Positions 39,037 to 47,503 of a DNA stretch of 64,000 nt are shown piece by piece. Source of the DNA: a virus; IMG/VR virus record IMGVR_UViG_3300033144_005375, positions 18,296-82,295 of that record; one strand, given 5' to 3'. How positions within the stretch are numbered: the first letter of the stretch is position 1; the number at the start of each line of letters is the position of its first letter. The notes under the pieces were generated by a model. It was not told the DNA's origin and did no database searches. It worked only from the letters and a program-made list of their open reading frames with translations. Position numbers and translations under genes: made by a program.

Positions 39037-41857
39037 CGATCATTTCCTTCCGCATCTGCTTCCAGACATTGTCCAGAATCTTCTCGTCTTCATCGTCGAG
39101 TTCAGGGGCCTCTTCGACCTCGGCACCCGACTCGCCATCGTCTTTTTCTTGGGCAGCCAAGAACAGGGCCACCCGGCTCAGGCTCGCGGCACGCTGGAGA
39201 TATTCATCCGCACCAATGCCAGCAGCCTCGGCCTTTTCACGAGCGTACTTGGTCAGAGCCTCCACGCTCAGTGAATCCTCTCCCAACGGGAAAGTCATAC
39301 CGCGACCCGTTCCCCATCGGCGCCACCAATCTCGGACAGGTTTGCCCGCAGCCATGACGTGGACAAACTCCAGTCCGATAGGCATCGCACCCTCCTGCTG
39401 ATCCGCCTTTTGAGGGTAAACCTCGAGAACCTTAGCCCTCAACTCTTCCGGCATCGCATTCCAAGAACCACTGGGGTAGTTGGCGTTGTATCCAAGAGCG
39501 GGCCACGCGTAGTAACCCTTGTAGGTCCGGTCGTAAAAACTACCAGCAGCCGAGGTCGAAAGCTGCTCGAACCCAAGCTCTCGAGCCATCGCCACTTGGG
39601 TCGCCAACATCTTCGTACCGATGCCTCGGCCTTTTCGTCCTTTCACCTTGAAATGAGCATTGCTGATATTAGTCGGTTTCCCGTTGGCATCGAAATTAAT
39701 GTGGCGCGTCATCACGCTGACCCCAGGACCCCTCCCCTGGACCGTAATGCTCGAACCGTATGCAGTAATCGTGAGGCTCCGCAAAGAGTTAGCGATACCT
39801 CCAGCTCCGGCCAGATCCGCGGCGACCTCAAGAGGGTCCCGATCACCGAGCTTGTCCCCGAGCAACGTTCGGATCTTAGCCTTCGTCCCCGAAGTCGCGT
39901 TGATCTCCACATCTGCGTAACGATCAGGCTGGAAATTCGGAGTGAGATCTCCTTGACCCTTCTCGGCAAAGGACATCTCCCCACCATCAGGACCAGTGAT
40001 TTTCTTGGGAGGGGGTTGGAGTTTCCTGGGAAGCACGTTGATGCGCCGGACGTGGGCCCAATCCGAAAGCTCCGCACCCGTGAACTCTTCGGGCTCCCCG
40101 ATGTCGCGACCCGTCCGCGAGTTGACACGCTGGATAGTCATCCCCCCTGTGTCACGCGAAACGGAAACGATGCGAGCCCACGTCGGCTTCTTGTCCGAGT
40201 AGATCTTGACGATCTTCCCTTCCCGCACTCGGTGGTCCAGCCGGGAAAGCCGTGTTCCGGGAGGCTTGCGTTTCAGGGGCAGCGAGGGTTGAACGTAGAA
40301 GAACTCTTTGTCCTTAAGGGCCTGAGCTGGGATCTCTTTGGGACGACCGTAACGACGCTCGGACTTCGGGTCGTACTCCTGCGCCATCATCGTGTCGCCA
40401 TCCACCTTGGTGACGTAATACTGCTTGGCGTCGTCACCCTCCCCGACACGCATGATGCCCTTGCGGCGCATCTGTCGAGGTTCTTGAACGCGCTCATCTT
40501 TGATAGGCGCCAGACCCGACTCGAGCAATCGCTTGAACCGTCCGGTAATTTCTTCGGGCTTGAGGCGCTCCGCTTGGCGATTTGTGAGTAGCGTATCCGT
40601 AATCTCTTGGGGAGGGCCAAAGTTCCCGTGGTTGTACTCGGTGGCTATCAACTTGTCGCCGACACTGCGCACCATGACATACCGAGATTCGCCATAGCGG
40701 GCCTTGAACCTGAGAACGTCACCTTCCGCCACGTCCTTCGGATCTCGGACCTCCCCAAAAGGACGCTCGCGGTCAGGATCAGGCGTCGGTGCAGGCTCGG
40801 GCTCGGGTGTGGATTCTGGTGCCGCTTCCGGAGCAGGCTTCCGAAGGTACCCTCCGCCACGTTGTTTCTCGATTTCGTCCGGGTAGTACCAAGGGCCGCC
40901 GTCACCACGAATAGCGCCGTCTCGAATTTCCGTGACCTTGAGGAGCTCCTGGCCTCGGAAACCGTCCTCGTAGAACCCGTCGCCTACCTTGAAACCCGAT
41001 AGGTCATCGACGGTATCGAAACCTTCGGGTATTGCCTTCGAGCGAGGCATCTGTTGCCGTTCGGGCTCGGGTGTCTGCTCCGGTTGTGGCCGCTCCTTGA
41101 GCGTGTACTGGTCACGCACAAAAGTGGAGCGCCGCAACGACTGTCTTCTGTTGCTCCACTCCCCGTTTTGCTTTTTCCAGTGGTACTCCACGCGCCCGTC
41201 ATCGAACACGCGAGTCACCTTGATATCTCGACCCGTTCTCGAACGGAGGATATCTCCGCTTTGGACCTGGTGAGGGTCACGAATCGGACCTCCGCCACCA
41301 GGAGCCTGGCTTTGCTGGCTCTGTCGGAACCTCTGCAGCCACTCCTTCCGAACTCGAGCCTGCTCCGGATCTGGGAGCGAACCGAACTGCACGTCCTGTC
41401 GCGTGTCGGGGTTGCGGAATTTCTTGGGAGGCGCCGAGAACTGGTTGAACGCCGCACGCTCCTCATTGGAAAACTCAGCACCGGGTCCCGCCGGCTCACG
41501 AGGTGCACGAGGCGCTTCGGGCTCGGCTGCGGGACTAGATGGCTCCTCTGGAGGTCGGGTGAACAGGTCAGCGACCGGGGTGGGCTCCGGTGTGGGCTCC
41601 GGTGCCGGTTCCGGTGTGGGCTCGGGCTCCGGGGTGGGTTGAGCTTGAGACGGTTCCTCTGGAGGTCGGGTGAACAGGTCAAGAGGCTCGGGGGCTGCTT
41701 CCGGTTCTGGAGCTGCTTCGGGCTCGGGGGCTGCTTCCGGTTCCGCGTCGGAAGGCGGACGTGTAAACAGGTCCAACCCTCCCGATGGCGCCGAAGGAGG
41801 GGGCGACGCAGGAGGAGCCTCCGAAGTCGGAGCCGGCTGGAACAGGTTGAACGCCAT
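39026..41857 (-). CDS. Multidomain protein A with SH3/KOW-like repeats and a GNAT-like domain
   Basis: Three DLFTRPP copies, PEP repeats, GRGIGTKMLATQVA...GYYAWPALGY. Confidence 0.8.
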   Translation of the reverse strand: MAFNLFQPAPTSEAPPASPPPSAPSGGLDLFTRPPSDAEPEAAPEPEAAPEPEAAPEPLDLFTRPPEEPSQAQPTPEPEPTPEPAPEPTPEPTPVADLFTRPPEEPSSPAAEPEAPRAPREPAGPGAEFSNEERAAFNQFSAPPKKFRNPDTRQDVQFGSLPDPEQARVRKEWLQRFRQSQQSQAPGGGGPIRDPHQVQSGDILRSRTGRDIKVTRVFDDGRVEYHWKKQNGEWSNRRQSLRRSTFVRDQYTLKERPQPEQTPEPERQQMPRSKAIPEGFDTVDDLSGFKVGDGFYEDGFRGQELLKVTEIRDGAIRGDGGPWYYPDEIEKQRGGGYLRKPAPEAAPESTPEPEPAPTPDPDRERPFGEVRDPKDVAEGDVLRFKARYGESRYVMVRSVGDKLIATEYNHGNFGPPQEITDTLLTNRQAERLKPEEITGRFKRLLESGLAPIKDERVQEPRQMRRKGIMRVGEGDDAKQYYVTKVDGDTMMAQEYDPKSERRYGRPKEIPAQALKDKEFFYVQPSLPLKRKPPGTRLSRLDHRVREGKIVKIYSDKKPTWARIVSVSRDTGGMTIQRVNSRTGRDIGEPEEFTGAELSDWAHVRRINVLPRKLQPPPKKITGPDGGEMSFAEKGQGDLTPNFQPDRYADVEINATSGTKAKIRTLLGDKLGDRDPLEVAADLAGAGGIANSLRSLTITAYGSSITVQGRGPGVSVMTRHINFDANGKPTNISNAHFKVKGRKGRGIGTKMLATQVAMARELGFEQLSTSAAGSFYDRTYKGYYAWPALGYNANYPSGSWNAMPEELRAKVLEVYPQKADQQEGAMPIGLEFVHVMAAGKPVRDWWRRWGTGRGMTFPLGEDSLSVEALTKYAREKAEAAGIGADEYLQRAASLSRVALFLAAQEKDDGESGAEVEEAPELDDEDEKILDNVWKQMRKEMIDGR

Positions 41858-42135
41858 CAGCCTTTCCTCGTTTCCTTGAGGAGAGCTTCACGAAGTTCTG
41901 TATTTTCACGAGCGAGGTCGAGGATCAAGCCAGCCGACTTTTTACGATTCCGGGCCTCCTCACGACGACGCTTCTGGATGATCTCCCGACGCATCTGGTC
42001 CCACACCGAATCGAGGATCTTCTCGTCTTCCTCGGTTAGGACGATCTCCTCCACCAGCTTGCGCATCTGTGGCTTCGTCTTGGGGCGCGGTTTTCGGGAG
42101 TTGGCCATTGGATCGGGTCCAGCGAGAGGAAACAC
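41857..42135 (-). CDS. Small protein made of the C-terminal modules shared with proteins A-C
   Basis: LTEEDEKILDSVWDQMR and ILDLARENTELREALLKE. Confidence 0.7.
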   Translation of the reverse strand: MFPLAGPDPMANSRKPRPKTKPQMRKLVEEIVLTEEDEKILDSVWDQMRREIIQKRRREEARNRKKSAGLILDLARENTELREALLKETRKG

Positions 42136-42156
42136 CTCTCCCGTCCATGGAAGACC

Positions 42157-42171
42157 GATAGCCCGAAAACC
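42157..42171 (-). promoter_or_regulatory. Putative late promoter motif
   Basis: GGTTTTCGGGCTATC at the head of the multidomain-protein operon. Confidence 0.5.
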
Positions 42172-42182
42172 ACGCCCGACGA

Positions 42183-42380
42183 CTATTGCGCGTCTTGCGT
42201 CAACCAGTTTTCACGATCGAGTATCTCAAGCTCGACCTCTCGGTGCCACTGGCGCTTGAGATCGGCCTTGTACTTGCCCTTGAATCCTCGGGCTACCTTC
42301 TTGCCACACACCTCCTTGATCCAAACCCATCGGCAGCCCATGGTGGTGCACTGTTCTTTTCTCTTGTTGCTTTGTTGCAT
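42183..42380 (-). CDS. Small basic hypothetical protein
   Basis: GAGGA RBS; 65 aa. Confidence 0.5.
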   Translation of the reverse strand: MQQSNKRKEQCTTMGCRWVWIKEVCGKKVARGFKGKYKADLKRQWHREVELEILDRENWLTQDAQ

Positions 42381-42507
42381 TGCTGAATCCTCCGGCCCCT
42401 GCGTCGCAGCAGGAAGGCGGAAAGAGGTCGTCGAAGATTCAGCAGCCGCGGTCCTACGGGAGGGCGCGACCCGGGGAAACTACCGGATCCCTGGGTACGA
42501 TGCAAGC

Positions 42508-43155
42508 GTGGCCACCATCCTCCCCGGCAAATTCATCTTCCTCGCGCAGCCACACACGGGCTCGAGCGCCATGGTCCTGGCTTTCCAGGACGCTTTTCCC
42601 GAAGCCCTGGACCTGCGCCCTCATCACATGAGTATCTCCGACGTGAGGGGCCTTCCCGGGGCCACCCGGATGCAGCAGATCAGCCGGCAACGCACCCGCG
42701 TCTGGGACCACCGGCCCGCGAAACGAGCATCGATGTCTTCGATCAACGGGAGCGTCGATCCCGACATCGTGCACAAGTACATCACCGGGAAAGAGCATGT
42801 TTTCACGGTGATCCGAAATCCCTACGACTTCCTGGTGAGCTGTTTCGTGCGTCGGGGACAAGGACAGTCGTTCGAGTCCTTCGTCCGCAGCTACCACGCG
42901 TCTCCCTACATCGAAAACGGGAAACTCTACTACCACGCGCCCAACTGCAACTCAGTCCTGTATTGGGAGAAGATGCCGCTGTGCATCCACCGGATGATGC
43001 GCAAGCTCGATCTACCCGAGTTCGAGATCGGCACCCACAACGTCACCAAAGACAAAGAGCCCTGGCCGAGCTACTTCACGCCCGAGGCTTTCGAGATCGT
43101 GAACGAGCGCTTCGGCAAGGAGTTCTCACCGCACTACAAGATGCGGCACGCCTAG
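42508..43155 (+). CDS. Sulfotransferase (family 2-like)
   Basis: 5'-PSB-like FIFLAQPHTGSSA and 3'-PB FTVIRNPYDFLVS; GGGTACGAT lies 6 nt before the GTG. Confidence 0.75.
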   Translation: MATILPGKFIFLAQPHTGSSAMVLAFQDAFPEALDLRPHHMSISDVRGLPGATRMQQISRQRTRVWDHRPAKRASMSSINGSVDPDIVHKYITGKEHVFTVIRNPYDFLVSCFVRRGQGQSFESFVRSYHASPYIENGKLYYHAPNCNSVLYWEKMPLCIHRMMRKLDLPEFEIGTHNVTKDKEPWPSYFTPEAFEIVNERFGKEFSPHYKMRHA

Positions 43156-43700
43156 GGAACGACCACGTCTTTGCGTTCGTACGCGAACGCAGAAGGGGGC
43201 TCCGAAGCCATCGCCCTCCGTTGCCAGTCATCAGGCTCAGACGGCTCCATCATGCGCAGGAGGGCTCCTTCGTAGGCGACCGCTCGCGAACGTAGCTCAT
43301 CTTGTTGGCCCAACTTGCCGTTGTACGCATCCACAGCCTGGGAGACCACGAAAGTCACAGCCCCCAACTGTCGAGTTGGGTCCTCTGCCGCCATCACGGC
43401 CCAGTTGGGTGGGATCAAAATGACCGACTGCTGAACACCATCCCGGGCAATGACCGCCATGGTCAACGTCGTAACCTCGGCATGGATCGCTGTCAGGCAG
43501 TGCTCGTGTTCGATAACTTTCCAAGCATAAGCGCCCAGGTCGCTCAGGTCCGCGAGCTCAAGGCTACGGAGAGTCTCCACGCAACCGGTGAAAATACGCT
43601 CGACTCGGTGTGCCTGAGCACGCACGCCAGCATCCGGGCTGTCGTCTGCCTGGATGGCCTGGTCCCCGAAGAGATGGGAAATGATGTTCGTTGCATTCAT
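43152..43700 (-). CDS. Hypothetical protein
   Basis: ATGA-coupled to kptA. Confidence 0.6.
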   Translation of the reverse strand: MNATNIISHLFGDQAIQADDSPDAGVRAQAHRVERIFTGCVETLRSLELADLSDLGAYAWKVIEHEHCLTAIHAEVTTLTMAVIARDGVQQSVILIPPNWAVMAAEDPTRQLGAVTFVVSQAVDAYNGKLGQQDELRSRAVAYEGALLRMMEPSEPDDWQRRAMASEPPSAFAYERKDVVVP

Positions 43701-44281
43701 AGATGTGCTCCGTAACGGGGGTCTTCTGGCCACACGAGGAAATCAGTCGGGACGTGGTCCGTGTACCAAACGTCGTTGGCCGTCAGAAAAAACTGGTGGC
43801 CGTCATCGTGCATCTTCTTGGCCTCGACCTTGATGATGACGGGCTTGCCCCTGCGCTGCCCCACGTTCACCGCCGTCGCGTAGTCCCCAGACAGGTGGAC
43901 CGCGTGCCGGTTCATCTTGAGCAGGCCAGCCGACTTGATCGGTGTGACGAACTTGGTCGGCGTCCCATGGTACAGGGTCTCCGGCGGCTCGGTAGGCTTG
44001 TTCCCGAGATCGACCTGGACGCTGTGTCCCTGTCGAGCCCGGATCTTGGTGCCGTCTTCGCTGTACTCGAACCGCTTCTTGTTGTTGTCTCGAACGACCT
44101 CATCCACGATCTCGCGGTTGAGACCACGAGCTCGCTTCACCACCTGGCACTCCCGAAGGAGCGTCTTCACATCAGCCCAGCCGTTCTTGTCCAACTCGAT
44201 CCCGATCTTGCCGGGGTTGTGCCGCAGCACGAGGCTCAAGAACTTCGAGTACCCCTTTAATTGATTCTCTCTCGTATCCAT
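43697..44281 (-). CDS. kptA: RNA 2'-phosphotransferase (Tpt1/KptA)
   Basis: SKFLSLVLRH, KKRF, IRARQGHS, LYHGT, RHAVHLS and WYTDHVP motifs. Confidence 0.95.
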   Translation of the reverse strand: MDTRENQLKGYSKFLSLVLRHNPGKIGIELDKNGWADVKTLLRECQVVKRARGLNREIVDEVVRDNNKKRFEYSEDGTKIRARQGHSVQVDLGNKPTEPPETLYHGTPTKFVTPIKSAGLLKMNRHAVHLSGDYATAVNVGQRRGKPVIIKVEAKKMHDDGHQFFLTANDVWYTDHVPTDFLVWPEDPRYGAHL

Positions 44282-44415
44282 GTCTTTCTCTTTTCGGGCT
44301 GACTATACGCGGATTATGGTCGAGTCAACTCTAATCATGGACAGGAGTGTCTTGATGGTCAGGACGTAGGGAGGGTCGAGCTCCGACAACTCCCAGCGTT
44401 ATACGCTTGCGGGAT

Positions 44416-44745
44416 CTACGCGTCGGGTTCCAACGAACACATGAGCGGATGCCCGTGCTCGGTAGCGAAACCGTGGACCACCGAAACCTTCGTTTCGGCG
44501 ATTTCATGGGTGTAGACACCCGCGATGCCGACACCCTGTTTGTGGACCTGCATGGTGATCCTCATGGCCTCGTCCTCGGCCTTCCGAAACACATGCTTGA
44601 GCATGCCAGCGACCCACTCTACAGGAGTGAAATCGTCGTTGTGGATGAGGACCTTGTACATGGGCGGCCTGCGAGTCTTCTGCTCCTCGCGCTCCTTGAG
44701 CCCAACGCCGCTTTTTCGTTCTTCGTCCCGATCTCGTTCCGACAT
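44416..44745 (-). CDS. clpS: ATP-dependent Clp protease adaptor ClpS
   Basis: PPMYKVLIHNDDFTP...VHKQGVGIAGVYTHEIAETK...HPL. Confidence 0.95.
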   Translation of the reverse strand: MSERDRDEERKSGVGLKEREEQKTRRPPMYKVLIHNDDFTPVEWVAGMLKHVFRKAEDEAMRITMQVHKQGVGIAGVYTHEIAETKVSVVHGFATEHGHPLMCSLEPDA

Positions 44746-44781
44746 CTCTCTACTTCTACCCGATCGATAGGCTCGTCACCG

Positions 44782-44997
44782 TCACATGCGCCGAGCGATG
44801 GAGGCGTTGGCCCACATGCGGGTCTCCTCCAAACGCTCCATCGCCAGTGCCTGCTCATGAGAATCCGGGCACACCTCGGCGATGAGGTCCGCCAGTTCAC
44901 GGATCTTCGTACCGAGCTTCGTGTACCGCTCCTGCTGATCCCCCTTGGGAGGATGGTAAGTGAAACGGATGTCGAGTTCTTCCTTGGTGAGGGCCAT
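44782..44997 (-). CDS. Acb2/Tad1-like helical-hairpin protein (putative immune-signal sponge)
   Basis: RFTYHPP..DQQERY...CPDSHEQALAMERLEETRMWANASIAR pattern. Confidence 0.7.
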   Translation of the reverse strand: MALTKEELDIRFTYHPPKGDQQERYTKLGTKIRELADLIAEVCPDSHEQALAMERLEETRMWANASIARRM

Positions 44998-45005
44998 GCC
45001 CCACC

Positions 45006-45524
45006 CTACCCGAACACGTCAAACGCCGAAGGCTGATTCTCCCCAACGCCTTCCCGAATCTCATGTTCGGAAGCGACGGTGCCGTCCTTGAGGACATGGG
45101 CCAGCTCGATTCCGCGGTCTATGAGATCGGCCCCCACCAGACGGCGCCTGTGGCACCCAATGGGGTCGGCTTCGCTGCACATCAGGGCGACGGCCCCGAG
45201 CGCAGCATTCTTCTCCACGCCGCCCAGGAGCTCCTCGAGCGCTTCCTGGTACTGGGACGACGCCCGGATCTTGTCGTAGTCGATCTTGCCGTTGGTCAGA
45301 AGCGCCTTGTCCTCTGGAACGCCTCCCAGGGAGTGGCCCATCCACACGTAGGGAATCCCGGCTTCCTGGAGGTCTTCGGCGATCACGTACCGGTTGAACT
45401 GCGGGTTGTAGCGACTGAACGGTTTGCTCCGCACGTCCACCACGACGCCGATGCCGTTCTGCTTGAGCCGCTGGATCAGGTTCTCGGTGGGCACGTTGCT
45501 GTGCCCGATCGTGAAAAGTCTCAT
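45006..45524 (-). CDS. DUF488 family protein
   Basis: LFTIGHSN, VDVRSKPFSR..PQFN, LGG, ALMCSE...CHRR. Confidence 0.9.
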   Translation of the reverse strand: MRLFTIGHSNVPTENLIQRLKQNGIGVVVDVRSKPFSRYNPQFNRYVIAEDLQEAGIPYVWMGHSLGGVPEDKALLTNGKIDYDKIRASSQYQEALEELLGGVEKNAALGAVALMCSEADPIGCHRRRLVGADLIDRGIELAHVLKDGTVASEHEIREGVGENQPSAFDVFG

Positions 45525-46189
45525 CCGTTGAGCAGGTCCATGATGTTGGGGCCCTCGATCACCTTGGGCTTCTCGCGCCACGTCCAGGACTTGCGAGCCT
45601 CGAATGGCAGCTTCCCGTGTTTCTCTTCGTAGACCGCCAGGAAAGCACGAGTCCCCTTGTTGACGTAGCCGCCGCCAGTGATCTTGCCGAACTCGGGCTC
45701 GTACTTCCGGAGAATCTCGTCCATCGCACGGTCTCGCTCCACCTTGGCGATGATGGAGGCCGCCGACACGCAGGTATGCCTTTCGTCCGCCTTGTTCTCC
45801 GCTCGGAGGTTTCCCCATTTGGCTCGAAGGCGTCCGAAGATTGGCTCACCGTCACAGATGATGTCGTCCTCGGCAGTGGCCTCGAGTTCTTCGAGAAGCA
45901 TCATCACCCCTTTCCGTTCAAGGTCATCGAGGCGCCCTTCTTTCACGAACTCATCAATCTCAGCGGGGTGAAACGAGACGAGGGCCCAGTGGCAGCGGGC
46001 CCGGACCGCCGGGACCGCTGCGAGACGGGCCATCTTGGCCTTCTTGCCGCTGCCGTATTTTTTGCTGTCCTGGATGCCGAACTTTTGGAGCTCGGCTTCT
46101 TGTTCAAACGTGATAGCCACGCCAGCCATCACCAGCGGACCCAACACGGGCCCCCGTCCCGCCTCGTCGATTCCGATCAGCCTCTTCAT
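45521..46189 (-). CDS. rnhB: Ribonuclease HII
   Basis: IGIDEAGRGPVLGP, DSKK, DG, KAD, VSAASIIAKVERD, GY. Confidence 0.93.
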   Translation of the reverse strand: MKRLIGIDEAGRGPVLGPLVMAGVAITFEQEAELQKFGIQDSKKYGSGKKAKMARLAAVPAVRARCHWALVSFHPAEIDEFVKEGRLDDLERKGVMMLLEELEATAEDDIICDGEPIFGRLRAKWGNLRAENKADERHTCVSAASIIAKVERDRAMDEILRKYEPEFGKITGGGYVNKGTRAFLAVYEEKHGKLPFEARKSWTWREKPKVIEGPNIMDLLNG

Positions 46190-46722
46190 GGAATCCTCTC
46201 GTAGATGCCTTGGTCGGTGCCCCACTTGAGCCAGTGCCCGATGATCGGATCGAGCATCCCCGCGTGCTCCTCCGGGACCACGCTCTCACCGGTGATTTCG
46301 TGCAAGGCGCAGATGCACCCCCAGATCGACAAAGTGCTTGTCGAAGGGTCGTCACAATCAAGGACCTGGAGGAGTGCCGGCACGATAGCTTTCCCCATCT
46401 CCACCAGGTCTGTGTACTGCGGGTAGCCGATCGGCATGCTCGATAGGAACTTGGTCTCTTCGTACAAATCTCGGAGAACTTCCTCCACAACTTCTTGATG
46501 CGGGTAACGCCCTTCCGGAATGAATCTGCTGCTCTCCAACGCGGCCTTGGCTGCGTCTACGCAAGCGGGGCACGCCAGAAGACGCCCTTCGTTCAGTGCG
46601 TTGGCCGTCACATGATCGAGCCCGATGAATATGAACTCGCGCTGCCACTTGGTGTCGCACCAAAAGGCTCTCACCTCGATGGGGTGCTGGATGTGCTTGA
46701 CGTAACTTGGAAGTAATCTCAT
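46186..46722 (-). CDS. Hypothetical protein with a HEAT-like C-terminus
   Basis: ATGA-coupled at both ends; LVEMGKAIVPALL...ALHEITG. Confidence 0.6.
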   Translation of the reverse strand: MRLLPSYVKHIQHPIEVRAFWCDTKWQREFIFIGLDHVTANALNEGRLLACPACVDAAKAALESSRFIPEGRYPHQEVVEEVLRDLYEETKFLSSMPIGYPQYTDLVEMGKAIVPALLQVLDCDDPSTSTLSIWGCICALHEITGESVVPEEHAGMLDPIIGHWLKWGTDQGIYERIP

Positions 46723-47234
46723 GGCAGTTCCAGGATGAAGCAGCGGTCGTTCGGGGCCTCCGGGATGTAGATCGCGTTCCATCGAATGTTCCGGTTCGGC
46801 ACCATGGCCGTCTCGCCCTCAAGCTCGAAAGGACGTTCCGGCGGCCTCTCCCCCAAAACCAAACGCACACGCTCGGTCACGAGACCCTCTTCGACGCGGT
46901 AGTTGAGAACAGTGGCCACGTCGCCAGCCCATCCGACGACGAGCACACAATGAAGGTTGTGCCCGACCTCGGGATTGTAGACGGTGAGCAACACCGGGAT
47001 CTGACCTTGCACTCGAGCCGCGTCGATCGGGACCGCACGCAAGCCGAAGTGCTCAGCCATTCGTTCTTCCGATATGCCGGCCGAGCCATGACGGCATCCC
47101 GAAACCTCGATGATCTCCTCCCACTCTTCGGAGGAGGGATCGACACACGGGATGCCGTAGAAGCGACAGGCATTGACCATCGCCCGAGGGAGACAGTCAG
47201 CAAATTTGCTGTCTTTTTGGCCGACGTACTGCAT
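46719..47234 (-). CDS. Papain-fold (C39-like) cysteine peptidase
   Basis: Q..DC near the N-terminus, HCVLVVG, and a downstream N in VLN. Confidence 0.55.
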   Translation of the reverse strand: MQYVGQKDSKFADCLPRAMVNACRFYGIPCVDPSSEEWEEIIEVSGCRHGSAGISEERMAEHFGLRAVPIDAARVQGQIPVLLTVYNPEVGHNLHCVLVVGWAGDVATVLNYRVEEGLVTERVRLVLGERPPERPFELEGETAMVPNRNIRWNAIYIPEAPNDRCFILELP

Positions 47235-47245
47235 GGTCAGTCATT

Positions 47246-47503
47246 CTACGCTGCCATCTTTTCACGAAACGTGTTTCGTCCCACAGAGGTGTAGTCCCGG
47301 CGCCTACGGATGGGCTGCGTGAGGCTAGCAGCCAGTTTCGCGCGTCCCGCCGGGGTGTTGATGTACTCGGAGATGAGCTTCTGCTTGATCCTCTCCTTTT
47401 CGGTGAGGACCTTCCCGCGCCCTTTGCACACCTCACATTCCGCGAGGCTCGTGAAAAGCGGGATGACGCCCTTCCCCTTGCAGTCCTTGCACTCGGCCAT
47501 CAC
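47246..47503 (-). CDS. DnaJ-type zinc finger fused to a capsid-N-terminus-like peptide
   Basis: CKDCKGKG and CEVCKGRG, then KQKLISEYINTPAGRAKLAASLTQPIRRRRDYTSVGR. Confidence 0.65.
   Translation of the reverse strand: MMAECKDCKGKGVIPLFTSLAECEVCKGRGKVLTEKERIKQKLISEYINTPAGRAKLAASLTQPIRRRRDYTSVGRNTFREKMAA

Noticed and set aside
38690-41850. GGTGAACAGGTC-type nucleotide repeats as a CRISPR or guide array
   Set aside because: Spacing is irregular and the repeats encode in-frame DLFTRPP peptides. No cas genes are present.
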